From Myxococcota bacterium (GTDB taxonomy: Bacteria; Myxococcota_A; Polyangia; Polyangiales; Sandaracinaceae): 64,000 nt of DNA. Both the position numbers and the translations under genes were made by a program. The notes beneath the pieces were generated by a model that was not told where the DNA came from, did not search any database, and saw nothing but the letters and a program-made list of their open reading frames with translations. Shown here piece after piece: positions 17,757 through 27,331 of the stretch. The stretch covers positions 24,046 through 88,045 of the forward strand of contig JAYZQJ010000143.1 in the NCBI GenBank assembly GCA_036149055.1, in the 5' to 3' direction. Each line of letters starts with the position of its first letter. The first letter of the stretch is position 1.

Positions 17757-20249
17757 ATGAACGACGAGACCCGGAGCGACGGACTGCCGGCCTCCCTCAC
17801 CCGCGAGATCGCGCGGGCGCGGGCGCGCCTCAACCGCCACGTGCTGCTCGACGCGACGCTCTGTGGCCTCGCGGCCGGGCTCGCCGCCTTCGCCCCCGCC
17901 GCGCTCGCGCTCTCGATCGCGGGCCTGCCCCTCCACTGGGGCGCCGCGGCGATGGGCCTCGCCCTGGTGGGCGTCATGGCCTTCGAGCTCCGCCGCCGCT
18001 GGCACGACGACCTCGACGCGGCGATGGTGCTCGACCGGGTGCTCGACGCGAAGGACCGCTTCGCGACCGCGCTGCAGCTCTCGGGCGCCGAGGAGGTGCC
18101 GAAGCTCCACCGCCTCCAGATTCGCTCGGCCGAGACCTTCCTCGCCGACGCGGGCGAGGTGCCGGCCCCGCCGCGCCCGCCCTTCCGCGTCGGACGCTAC
18201 GCCGCGGCCGCGGTGATCGCGCTCGGCGTCTCCGTCCCCCTCGCGGTGGCCTGGCCGGAGCTGGTGGCCTGGCTCGGCGGTGACGACGCCGCGCTCGAGC
18301 CCGAGGACCCGCGCACGCCGGAGGAGATCGCGGCCGCCGCCGAGGCCCTCCGCCAGCGCCTCGCCGAGAACCCCGACCGCCGGCTCGACGCAGAGATCAA
18401 CGCGCTCGAGCACGAGCTCGCCGAGCAGCGCGCCCGGGCGATGGACCAGCGCGCCGACGCCATCCGGGAGGCGGCCGAGATCCTGGAGCGCGCCGCGGGC
18501 ATCGATCCCGAGGCCGACGGAGGCGAGGGCGCCGAGCCGGGCGAAGAGCGGGCGAGCGCCGAAGATCGTCCGCTCCCCACCTCCGTGGACCAGGAGCCTC
18601 CCGAGACCGCGTCACGCCGGCTGATGGACGCCTGGGACGAGGCGCGCGAGGCGATGGAGCGCTGGCGGGAGGCGGCGCGGCGGCCCGACGCCGATCCGTT
18701 CCAGACCGCGCAGCTCCAGCACGAGGCCCAGCGCCGTCAGATGGAGGCGCTCCAGCTCGCGCGCCAGGAGCGCAGCTGGGAGCAGGCCCAGACCGAGGAG
18801 CAGCGCGAGGCGCAGCGCCGCCAGCGAGAGCAGCGCGCGGCCGAGGCCCAGACCCCCGCCGACCGGATGAGCGAGTCGGTGGATCGGCTCGACCGCGCGC
18901 TCGCCGCCCTGCACCGCGACGACGACTCGCCCGACGTGCCTCCCCCGGCGGTGAGCGAGGCCCTGCGCGACGCCAACGAGCGCCTCGCCGAGCACACCCC
19001 CCGCACCGCCGAGCAGCTCGACCGCGCCGCCGGCGCCCGCGACCAGGGCGACGGCGAGCAGATGGATCGCGCCCTCGAGCAGGCCCGCGAGGCGCTCCGC
19101 CGCGAGGCCGGCCAGCAGGCGCAGCAGCTGAGCGACGCCCGCCGCCGCCTCGATCAGCTGCACGACGAGGTCGCCCGCCGCGCCGCCGAGCGCGCGGGGC
19201 AGCAGGGCAGCGGCGAGCAGCTCGCGCAGGCGGGGCAGCAGGGGCTGCAGGAGGGCCAGAACGGGCAGCAGGGTCAGAGCGGGCAGCAGGGGCAGAGCGG
19301 GCAGCAAGGGCAGAACGGGCAGCAAGGCCAGAACGGTCAGGGCCAGCAGGGCCAGGACGGGCAGCAGGGTCAGAATGGCCAGGGCCAGAACGGGCAGCAG
19401 GGTCAGCAGGGGCAGAACGGTCAGGGCCAGAACGGGCAGCAGGGTCAGGGGCAGAACGGGCAGGGCCAGAACGGGCAGCAGGGTCAGGGACAAGGCCAGG
19501 GGCAGGGTCAGGGACAAGGCCAGGGCCAGGGCCAGGGCCAAGGCCAGGGGCAGGGGCAGGGCCAGGGTCAGGGACAAGGCCAGGGTCAGGGACAGGGTCA
19601 GGGACAGGGCCAGGGCCAGGGGCAGGGACAGGGCCAGGGTCAGGGTCAGGGTCAGGGACAAGGCCAAGGGCAGGGGCAAGGCGACGGGCAAGGGCACGGG
19701 CACGGGCAAGGGCACGGGAGCTCGTCGCAGACTTCGTCTGGCTCGGGGCAAGGACGAGGTCAGGGGCAGGGGCAGGGGCAGACCGGGTGGGGGCAGCAGG
19801 GGAATGGGCAGGGCGGCGGTCAGGGACAGAACGGGCAGGGCGGCGGTCAGGGACAGGGAGGGCAGGCGCAGGGCGGTGAGTCCCAGCGCGGCAGCCAGTC
19901 CTGGGGCTCCGGGTCGGGCGGGGATCCGCTCGGGCAGGGCGCGGCCACCGGGGACTCGAACCACGACGTGAACACCGACCCGGGCGCCGACCCGGGCCAG
20001 CAGGCGAGCACCAGCCAGGACGCCCAGGAGGGCGGCTTCATCCCCGGCGGCGGGCGGGGAGGCGGGCAGAGCTCGCAGCACATGGACGCGCTGCAAGGCG
20101 GGCGCGGCGGGCCGGGCTCCGGATCGCTCGCCGGCGGTGGGCAAGACGGCCCCCGCGTGGGCGGCGACAGCACGATCCCCGCCTCCCTTCGCGCCTACGT
20201 GCGGCGCTACCTCGAGACGATCCGCGGTGGACAGACCGACGGCAATTGA
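17757..20249 (+). CDS. Membrane-anchored coiled-coil protein with Gly/Gln-rich low-complexity region (MoxR operon-associated)
   Basis: N-terminal hydrophobic segments, LDAKDRFATAL, coiled region, GQ/GQN repeats, C-terminal IPASLRAYVRRYL. Confidence 0.8.
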   Translation: MNDETRSDGLPASLTREIARARARLNRHVLLDATLCGLAAGLAAFAPAALALSIAGLPLHWGAAAMGLALVGVMAFELRRRWHDDLDAAMVLDRVLDAKDRFATALQLSGAEEVPKLHRLQIRSAETFLADAGEVPAPPRPPFRVGRYAAAAVIALGVSVPLAVAWPELVAWLGGDDAALEPEDPRTPEEIAAAAEALRQRLAENPDRRLDAEINALEHELAEQRARAMDQRADAIREAAEILERAAGIDPEADGGEGAEPGEERASAEDRPLPTSVDQEPPETASRRLMDAWDEAREAMERWREAARRPDADPFQTAQLQHEAQRRQMEALQLARQERSWEQAQTEEQREAQRRQREQRAAEAQTPADRMSESVDRLDRALAALHRDDDSPDVPPPAVSEALRDANERLAEHTPRTAEQLDRAAGARDQGDGEQMDRALEQAREALRREAGQQAQQLSDARRRLDQLHDEVARRAAERAGQQGSGEQLAQAGQQGLQEGQNGQQGQSGQQGQSGQQGQNGQQGQNGQGQQGQDGQQGQNGQGQNGQQGQQGQNGQGQNGQQGQGQNGQGQNGQQGQGQGQGQGQGQGQGQGQGQGQGQGQGQGQGQGQGQGQGQGQGQGQGQGQGQGQGQGQGQGQGQGQGDGQGHGHGQGHGSSSQTSSGSGQGRGQGQGQGQTGWGQQGNGQGGGQGQNGQGGGQGQGGQAQGGESQRGSQSWGSGSGGDPLGQGAATGDSNHDVNTDPGADPGQQASTSQDAQEGGFIPGGGRGGGQSSQHMDALQGGRGGPGSGSLAGGGQDGPRVGGDSTIPASLRAYVRRYLETIRGGQTDGN
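19482..19682 (+). repeat. Coding (GGN CAR)n repeat giving ~33 consecutive Gly-Gln dipeptides
   Basis: Hexamer repeat with synonymous variation (GGT/GGA/GGC/GGG; CAG/CAA). Confidence 0.9.
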
Positions 20250-20259
20250 GAGAGAGACG

Positions 20260-21279
20260 ATGGGCGAAACGAATCAGGTACACGTGCTCAACCCGTTCGA
20301 CAGCGTTCGCGCGCTCTGCCGCGACATGACGGCGGAGATCGGCAAGCGGGTGGTCGGCCAGCAGGACGCCATCGACTGCCTCACGGCGGGCTTGCTCCTC
20401 GGCGGCCACGTCCTCATGGAGGGCGTGCCCGGCGTCGGCAAGACGCTGCTGGCGCGCACCCTCGCGGACGTCGTGGACCTGAGCTTCGCCCGCGTGCAGT
20501 TCACGCCCGACCTCATGCCGGCCGACGTGCTCGGCACCCACATCGTCTCGGTCGGGTCCGACGGTCGGCCGACGATGACGCTCCAGCAGGGCCCGCTCTT
20601 CGGCAACGTCATCCTCGCCGACGAGATCAACCGCGCCTCGCCCAAGACGCAGTCCGCGCTCCTCGAGGCCATGCAGGAGAAGCAGATCTCCCTCGGCACG
20701 GAGACCTACCCGCTGCCGCGCCCGTTCTTCGTCGTCGCCACTCAGAACCCGATCGACAACGAGGGCACCTACCCGCTCCCGGAGGCGCAGCTCGATCGTT
20801 TCCTGATGAAGCTGATGATCGGCTTCCCCTCCGAGGACGACGTGCTCGCGATCGTCGATCGCACCGCCGACGGGATCGACGCCACGGTCGGCAGCGTGGC
20901 CACGAGCGAGCAGCTGATCAGCGCCGGCAAGACCATCCGGCAGATGCCCACCGCCGAGACCATCAGCCGCTACGCGGTGCGCCTGGTGCTCGCGACCCAC
21001 CCCGAGCACGAGTACGCGCCCGCCTGCGTGCGCCGCTACGTGCGGGCCGGCGCCTCACCCCGCGCGGCCCAGAGCCTCCTCGCGGTCGCGAAGTTCTTCG
21101 CCGTGCTCGACGGCCGGCTCAACGCGAGCGCCGACGACGTGCGCCGCGCCGCCTACCCCTGCCTCCGCCACCGCATCCTCCTCAACTTCGACGCCATCGC
21201 CGACGACGCGACCACCGACACGCTGATCCGTCAGCTGCTGATGGATCTGGACGCCCCGAAGAACCCGAAGCGCAAGTAA
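20260..21279 (+). CDS. moxR: MoxR family AAA+ ATPase
   Basis: GVPGVGKT, RVQFTPDLMPAD, LADEINRASPKTQSALLEAMQE, ATQNPIDNEGTYPLPEAQLDRF. Confidence 0.95.
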   Translation: MGETNQVHVLNPFDSVRALCRDMTAEIGKRVVGQQDAIDCLTAGLLLGGHVLMEGVPGVGKTLLARTLADVVDLSFARVQFTPDLMPADVLGTHIVSVGSDGRPTMTLQQGPLFGNVILADEINRASPKTQSALLEAMQEKQISLGTETYPLPRPFFVVATQNPIDNEGTYPLPEAQLDRFLMKLMIGFPSEDDVLAIVDRTADGIDATVGSVATSEQLISAGKTIRQMPTAETISRYAVRLVLATHPEHEYAPACVRRYVRAGASPRAAQSLLAVAKFFAVLDGRLNASADDVRRAAYPCLRHRILLNFDAIADDATTDTLIRQLLMDLDAPKNPKRK

Positions 21280-21280
21280 C

Positions 21281-22171
21281 GTGGCCATCCTCGATCGCAC
21301 CGTCCGCCGCGTGCTCGATCGGATGCGCCTCGTCGTCCGTCCGAGCGCGACCGCCGCCCGCCAGGGAGGGCACCGCTCCCCCTTCAAGGCGAGCGGCGTC
21401 GAGTTCGCCGACCACCGCCCCTACGTCAGCGGCGACGACGTGCGGCACATCGACTGGAAGGCGTTCGCCCGGCACGGCCACCTCGTGCTCCGCCAGTTCG
21501 AGGAGGAGCGCGACGCCTTCGTGCACGTGCTCCTCGACGTCACCGGCTCGATGAGCCGCGGCGCCCCGCCGAAGATCGAGGTCGCCCGCATGCTCGCCGG
21601 CGCGTTCGTCTACGTCGGCATGCGTCAGTTCGACCGCGCCCGCGTCATCCCCTTCGCGGACGAGCTCGACGATCGCCCCCTCGCCATCCGCGGTCCGCAG
21701 GATCTGCCCCAGCTCGAGCGCTACCTCTCGGACAGCGAGGCCGCCGGCCCGACCTTCTTCGACGAGGCCATCCGTCAGCTCGCGGCCCGCGGCGTCCCGC
21801 GGGGCCTGGTGGTGGTCATCAGCGACTTCATGGCCCCCGACGGTTGGGAGGACGGCTTCCGCCGCCTCGGCGCGATGGGCCACGAGCTCCGCGTCATCCA
21901 CGTGCGCTGCCAGGAGGACCTCGAGCCCGGCTGGCGCGGCGAGCTCGAGCTGCGCGACGCGGAGACCGACGAGCGCGTGCGCCTCCGCGTCAACGACGCG
22001 CTCTTGAAGCGCTACCAGGCCGAGGTGAAGAGGCACCTCGACGCGGTCCGCGAGAGCTGCCGCAAGACCGGCGGCTGGTTCCAGGACGTCGACGTCGCGA
22101 TGCCCACCGACGCCGCCCTCCTCCGCGTCTTCGCCGCCCCCCGCCTCCGCTCCGCCGCAGGTGCCCGATGA
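21281..22171 (+). CDS. DUF58 domain protein (VWA-like)
   Basis: GVEFADHRPYVSGDDVRHIDWK, LLDVTGSM, VVISDF. Confidence 0.93.
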   Translation: MAILDRTVRRVLDRMRLVVRPSATAARQGGHRSPFKASGVEFADHRPYVSGDDVRHIDWKAFARHGHLVLRQFEEERDAFVHVLLDVTGSMSRGAPPKIEVARMLAGAFVYVGMRQFDRARVIPFADELDDRPLAIRGPQDLPQLERYLSDSEAAGPTFFDEAIRQLAARGVPRGLVVVISDFMAPDGWEDGFRRLGAMGHELRVIHVRCQEDLEPGWRGELELRDAETDERVRLRVNDALLKRYQAEVKRHLDAVRESCRKTGGWFQDVDVAMPTDAALLRVFAAPRLRSAAGAR

Positions 22172-23028
22172 CCTTCTTCGGGAAACACATCGGCTCGTTT
22201 GCGGAAGTCAATTTCACGCAAAGACGCAAAGACGCAAAGGTTGGCGGGATGGACGCTGCCGGCCGGATTCCTGGCTGCGACCACTCGCTCTCGAAGGTCG
22301 CGTGGTTTTCTCGCTATTTCTCGCAGAGTCGCAGAGGCGCAGAGGTGAGCGGGGTGGAAGCTCCGCGCTCGACGTCGCCACGCGTTGGCTCGTTTGCGGA
22401 AGCCATTTTCACGCAAAGACGCAAAGACGCAAAGGTTGGCGGGATGGACGCCGCCGGCCGGGTTCCCGGCAGCGACCACTCGCTCTCGAAGGTCGCGTGG
22501 TCTTGCGACTATCTCTCGCAGAGTCGCAGAGGCGCAGAGGTGGGCGGGGTGGGAGCTCCGCGCTCGACGTCGCCACGCGGCTCGTTTGCGGAAGTGCAGA
22601 AGCATCCGCAGACCCCGGCAATGAGGCACGACTCGGCACCCGGCGGCGAGCCGCCAGCCCGCGGCCATCTCTGCGCCTCTGCGCCTCTGCGTGAAATTCA
22701 GAAGCCCCCGCAGCGCTCCAGAACGACGCTCTCCGGAGCGGTTGCCCCCACGAGCGACCTTTGCGTCTTTGCGTCTTTGCGTGAAATTCAGAAGCCTCCG
22801 CAGCCCCCGACAACAAAAGGCGACTCGGTACCTGGCGGCGAGCCGCCACCCCGCGGCCACCTCTGCGCCTCTGCGCCTCTGCGTGAAATTCAGAAGCCTC
22901 CGCAGCCCCCGACAACAAATGACGACTCGGTACCCGGCGGCGAGTTGCCGTCCCGCGGCCTCACGACCCTCTTTGCGGCTTCGCGCCTTTGCGAGAGCCC
23001 ATTCGCTCCCGAAGGAGCGCCGAAGTGA
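22168..23028 (+). other. Repeat-derived 286-codon ORF coupled to both neighbours (coding status uncertain)
   Basis: ATG at 22168 overlaps the DUF58 stop (ATGA); TGA at 23026-23028 overlaps the next gene's GTG (GTGA); codon usage is atypical. Confidence 0.3.
22193..23000. repeat. REP/BIME-like array 2: four forward and four inverted triple-octamer units
   Basis: Forward triads at about 22214, 22319, 22409 and 22514 (~195-nt duplicated block); inverted triads at about 22669, 22758, 22861 and 22971, three of them followed by GTGAAATTCAGAAGCC. Confidence 0.9.
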
Positions 23029-24797
23029 CGTTCGCGGGCCTCGGATGGGGAGCGTTGGCGGGGCTGGCGGGAGCGGCGGCGCTCACGGTGCTCGCGCTGT
23101 ACCTGTTGCGCAGGACGCCGAAGCCGCAGCTCGTCAGCAACGTCACGTTCTGGATGCGGGCCGCGCAGTCGAGCCGGCCGCGGTTCCTCCGGGCGTCGCG
23201 GATCCCCTGGATCGCCTTCCTCGTCAGCCTGCTCGTCGCGCTCCTCTTCGTCACCGAGCTCGGCGACCCGAGGTTCGGCAAGGGCGTGCGGGGCACCACC
23301 GTGATCGTGCTCTCCGCCGGGCGGTCGATGGGAGCCGAGGACGCCGGGGAGCGGCGGATCGATCGCGCGGTGCGCGAGGTGCGGCAGTGGGTCGATCGCA
23401 CCACCGCCGGAGGCCGAGTCGCGGTGGTGCGCGCCGGCATGCGGCCGGAGACGCTGCTCGCGCTGACCGAAGACAACGCCGACCTCGAGCGGGCGCTCGC
23501 CGGCTTCGAGCTCGACGACGGGCCGGCCGACCTCGAGGGCGGGCTGCTCCTCGCCGATCGCATCATCGAGGCGAGCGGCGACGCCGGGCAGATCCTGCTC
23601 GTCGCCGACCGCGACGCCGAGGCCGAGACGCGCAGCACCCGGGTGCTCGTGCCCGTCGGCGTGCCCGCCGACACCATCGCGATCGCCGACTTCACCGCGC
23701 GGCGCGACCCGCTCGCGGCCGGGGAGTTCGTCGCCGAGGTGCAGCTCCAGTCCTTCGCGTCGCGCGAGGCGAGCGCGCGGCTGCGCATCCTCGACGGCGA
23801 GGTCCCGCTCCTCGACCGGCGCATCACGCTCGCGGCCGGGGAGGGCGCGCGGCTGCTCGCCCAGGGCTTCAGCGCCGAACGGGCCGAGCTCACCGCGCGC
23901 CTCGAGGACATCGAGATCACCGCCAGCCACGACGCGCTCGCGGTCGATGACGTCGCCCACGCGGTCGTCGCGCCCCTGTCGCCGCTCCGGGTGCTCTTCG
24001 TCTCGCCGGGCAGCCTCTTCCTCGAGGCCGCGCTCGCGGTGCACCCCAACGCCCAGGTCGAGCAGATCCCGCCGGCCGGGCTCTCCGGGGCCGACCTCGC
24101 CGCGTACGACGTGCTCGTGCTCGACCGCACCGCCCTCCCCGAGGGCGTGGAGCACGGCTCGGTGGTGCTCTTCGCGCCGCCGTCCGGTCAGCTCGGCGCG
24201 TCGGGCGAGGCCGAGGATCCGCGCATCACCGCGTTCCTCGCGAGCCACCCCGCGCTCCACGGCGTGCGCCTCGACGGGGTGAACGTGCGGCGGTCCCTCC
24301 GCTTCGCCACCGATCCCGGCGACCAGGTGCTGATCCGCTCCGGCGCCGATGCCCTCGCCGTGGCCCGCGAGGCGCGCGGCCGGCGCCTGATCGCCTACGG
24401 CCTCGACCTCGGGGCGACCGACCTCGTCGAGCGCGAGGCCTTCCCGCTGATGGTGCACGACAGCCTGCGGTGGGCGGCGTCCTCGCGCGACGAGATCCCG
24501 CTGCCGCGCCGCCTCGGCGAGCCGCTCTACGCGGAGACCACCGTGCTCGGGCCGGACGGAGAGCCGGTGAGCGCGACCGAGCTCGCCGCGATCCGTCGGC
24601 AGGGCATCTACCACCACGGGGAGCGGGCCATCGCCTACAGCGGCACCGTGCACGCCCGCGAGCTGCCGGTCGGCGCGAGCGGGGGCCGCTTCCGGAACGT
24701 CGATCCCCTCCCGCCGCTCGCCGTCATCGTCGCGCTCGCGCTGCTCGGCCTGATGGTGCTCGAGTGGACCCTGCTCCACCGCGGGAGGCTCTCCTGA
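23025..24797 (+). CDS. BatA-like N-terminal plus VWA domain membrane protein
   Basis: LALYLLRRTPKPQLVSNVTFW (BatA-like), degenerate MIDAS SAGRSM, C-terminal LEWTLLHR; GAAGGAG RBS at 23011. Confidence 0.85.
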   Translation: MTFAGLGWGALAGLAGAAALTVLALYLLRRTPKPQLVSNVTFWMRAAQSSRPRFLRASRIPWIAFLVSLLVALLFVTELGDPRFGKGVRGTTVIVLSAGRSMGAEDAGERRIDRAVREVRQWVDRTTAGGRVAVVRAGMRPETLLALTEDNADLERALAGFELDDGPADLEGGLLLADRIIEASGDAGQILLVADRDAEAETRSTRVLVPVGVPADTIAIADFTARRDPLAAGEFVAEVQLQSFASREASARLRILDGEVPLLDRRITLAAGEGARLLAQGFSAERAELTARLEDIEITASHDALAVDDVAHAVVAPLSPLRVLFVSPGSLFLEAALAVHPNAQVEQIPPAGLSGADLAAYDVLVLDRTALPEGVEHGSVVLFAPPSGQLGASGEAEDPRITAFLASHPALHGVRLDGVNVRRSLRFATDPGDQVLIRSGADALAVAREARGRRLIAYGLDLGATDLVEREAFPLMVHDSLRWAASSRDEIPLPRRLGEPLYAETTVLGPDGEPVSATELAAIRRQGIYHHGERAIAYSGTVHARELPVGASGGRFRNVDPLPPLAVIVALALLGLMVLEWTLLHRGRLS

Positions 24798-27331
24798 TGC
24801 CCGAGCTGACCATCGGCTGGCCGCTCGCGCTGTGGGGGCTCTGCGCCGCGCCGCTCCTGGTGCTGCTCGCGATCCGCAGCCGGTTCCCGATCGGGCCGCG
24901 GCGCCGCTGGATGGTCGTCGCCACCCGCGCGCTGACCGCGGCGCTGCTCGTGCTGGCCATGGCCGACCTCCGCCTCGGGCTGCCCACCGAGGAGCTCGCG
25001 GTCGCCACCGTCGTCGACGCCACGCCGAGCGTGACCGAGCCGGACCGGGAGCGGATCCGTCAGCGGCTCGCCGAGGTCCGAGCCAGCCACGACGACGTCC
25101 GCTGGATCGAGGCCACCTCGCCCGGCGCGGTCCGCCCCTCCACCGACGTCTCGGTGGGCGTGGCGCTCCTGCCGCGCGACCGGGTGCGGCGCATGGTCGT
25201 CGCCACCGACGGGCGCGACCGCGGCGGAGAGCTCGGCGCGGCGATCGCGGCCGCGCACCGGGCCGGGGTCGAGGTCTCGATCGCGCCGATGGGCGACACG
25301 CCGCCGATGGACCTGGTCAGCGTCACCGGCCTCTCGGTGCCGCGCATGATCCGGGCCGGCGATCGCATCGACGTCGGCGTCGAGATGCACGCCGCGCGCG
25401 ACGCCGACGTCAGCCTCACGATGGCCCTCGACGGCGTCGAGGTCGGCCGCACCGAGGCGGTCGCGCGGCGCGGGGAGTCGAGCGCCTCCATCGAGGTCGA
25501 GTTCCCCGAGGACGAGGGCGTGCACGAGCTGACCGTCGCGCTCTCCGCGGCCGGCGACGTGGTCGCCCAGAACGACGTGTGGCGCAGCCTGGTGCGCATC
25601 TCGCCGAAGCCGCGGGTGCGCATCCTCCATGATCCCGACAACGGCCCGCCGCTCCTCGCCCAGGTCTTCGAGGAGGGCGGCATGCGGGTGGACGTCACCC
25701 CGATCACCGCCGCGCCCCTCGCCGCCGACGAGCTCCAGGACGTGAACCTGGTGGTGGTCGACGAGGCGGACCCGGGCGACCTCACCGAGGTGCAGCAGCA
25801 GGTCCTGCGCGACTGGGTCGAGGGCGAAGGCGGCGGCCTCATCAGCGTGACCGGGACCAACCCGGTGCGGCGCACCCCGCGCATCTTCCGCGAGATCGAG
25901 CCGATCACCATCCCGCCGGCGATCCCCGAGCCGCGGCCCCTCGAGCTGGTCCTCGTCATCGACCGCTCCTCGTCGATGAGCGGTATCAAGATGATGCAGG
26001 CGCGCAACGCCGCGATCGCCGCGGTGCGAGCCCTCCGACAGGACGCGCGCGCCGGCGTGGTCGCCTTCAGCGGCGGCGCCGATCGGGTGATGGCGCCGGT
26101 GGGCATGGACCAGCGCGACGACCTCGTGCAGTTCATCAGCGGCATCCACGCGTCGGGCGGCACCAACATCGCGGCCGCCCTCGGCGCGGCCAACGCGGTG
26201 ATGAGCAACGACCCGCGGTACATCCACCACGTCATCCTGCTCTCCGACGGCGTGAGCGCGCCCGATCCCGCCCTCGCCGCCGCCACCGTGCTCGCCGGGC
26301 GCGGGGTCAGCATCTCGGCGATCACCATCGGGCCGCGCAACGACCTGATGGCCCGCATCGCCCAGATCGGCCGCGGCCGCTACCACGTCACCAACAGCGC
26401 CGGCTCGCTGCCCAGCCTGTTCGTGCGCGAGGCGCAGTACCGCCAGCCCCCGGCCCACCGCCGCAGCAGCTTCGCGCCCCGCGTCGTCACCCACCTCGCG
26501 ATGCTCGAGGACGTCGACCTCGAGGCGGCGCCGCAGCTCGGCGGCCACGCGCTCGCCGGCCTCGAGCGAGGCGCGACCATGGTGCTCTCGACCCCCGACC
26601 GACGCCCGGTGCTCGCCCACTGGCACCGCGGGCTCGGGCAGGTGGCGACCTTCACCAGCGCGACGAGCGGGGCGTGGGCGGATCGCTGGCGGGACTGGGA
26701 CGGCTTCCGCGCGTTCTGGGTCGCGATGGCCGAAGGCATGCTGCGGACCCGCCCGGTCGACCCGCCGCAGATCCGGCTCGCGCCCCACCCGGTGCTCGAG
26801 GGCGTGCAGGTCGCGACGGTGCTCGCGCCCACGATCGAGAGCGAGCCGGTGCCCCTCGTGCGCCTCTTCCGCGCGCCGGGCGAGGGCGAGCCCCTCGAGC
26901 TCTACGAGCGCGGCCCCGGGGTGTGGCAGTCCGAGGTGCTCGCCGACGGCGGCTTCCTGCTCGACGCCCGCATGCCCGGCGACGAGCGGCCGACCGTCGC
27001 GGTGGGCCACGACCGCCCCTACGACCCGGAGCTCGCGCTCTTCGGCACCCACCGGGCGGAGCTCGAGCGGCTCGCCGCGGCCGGCGGCGGTCGAGTGCTC
27101 GAGGACCTGACGGCGGTGACCGAGGCGATCGAGGAGCAGGCGGTGATGCGCTCGCTGCGCACGCCGCTCCTCGCCGCGGCGCTGTTGATGTACCTGCTCG
27201 GCCTGCTCCTGCTGCGCTTGCCCGATCACTCGGTCGGGGCGACGGTGGTGCGGCCGGAGCGCAAGCGACGGCGGTGGGGGCGAGAGCGCAAGTCGATGCA
27301 CCCGGACGAGCCGAAGAAGGAGGCCGCGTGA
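24797..27331 (+). CDS. VWA domain membrane protein with glutamine-amidotransferase-like segment
   Basis: LVIDRSSSMSG (MIDAS), GGTNI, ILLSDG, GLGQVATFTS; TGATG overlap with the upstream gene. Confidence 0.88.
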   Translation: MPELTIGWPLALWGLCAAPLLVLLAIRSRFPIGPRRRWMVVATRALTAALLVLAMADLRLGLPTEELAVATVVDATPSVTEPDRERIRQRLAEVRASHDDVRWIEATSPGAVRPSTDVSVGVALLPRDRVRRMVVATDGRDRGGELGAAIAAAHRAGVEVSIAPMGDTPPMDLVSVTGLSVPRMIRAGDRIDVGVEMHAARDADVSLTMALDGVEVGRTEAVARRGESSASIEVEFPEDEGVHELTVALSAAGDVVAQNDVWRSLVRISPKPRVRILHDPDNGPPLLAQVFEEGGMRVDVTPITAAPLAADELQDVNLVVVDEADPGDLTEVQQQVLRDWVEGEGGGLISVTGTNPVRRTPRIFREIEPITIPPAIPEPRPLELVLVIDRSSSMSGIKMMQARNAAIAAVRALRQDARAGVVAFSGGADRVMAPVGMDQRDDLVQFISGIHASGGTNIAAALGAANAVMSNDPRYIHHVILLSDGVSAPDPALAAATVLAGRGVSISAITIGPRNDLMARIAQIGRGRYHVTNSAGSLPSLFVREAQYRQPPAHRRSSFAPRVVTHLAMLEDVDLEAAPQLGGHALAGLERGATMVLSTPDRRPVLAHWHRGLGQVATFTSATSGAWADRWRDWDGFRAFWVAMAEGMLRTRPVDPPQIRLAPHPVLEGVQVATVLAPTIESEPVPLVRLFRAPGEGEPLELYERGPGVWQSEVLADGGFLLDARMPGDERPTVAVGHDRPYDPELALFGTHRAELERLAAAGGGRVLEDLTAVTEAIEEQAVMRSLRTPLLAAALLMYLLGLLLLRLPDHSVGATVVRPERKRRRWGRERKSMHPDEPKKEAA

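Noticed and set aside
22193..23000. CRISPR array
   Set aside because: Duplicated linkers, ~95-105 nt spacing and an orientation switch in mid-array do not fit CRISPR
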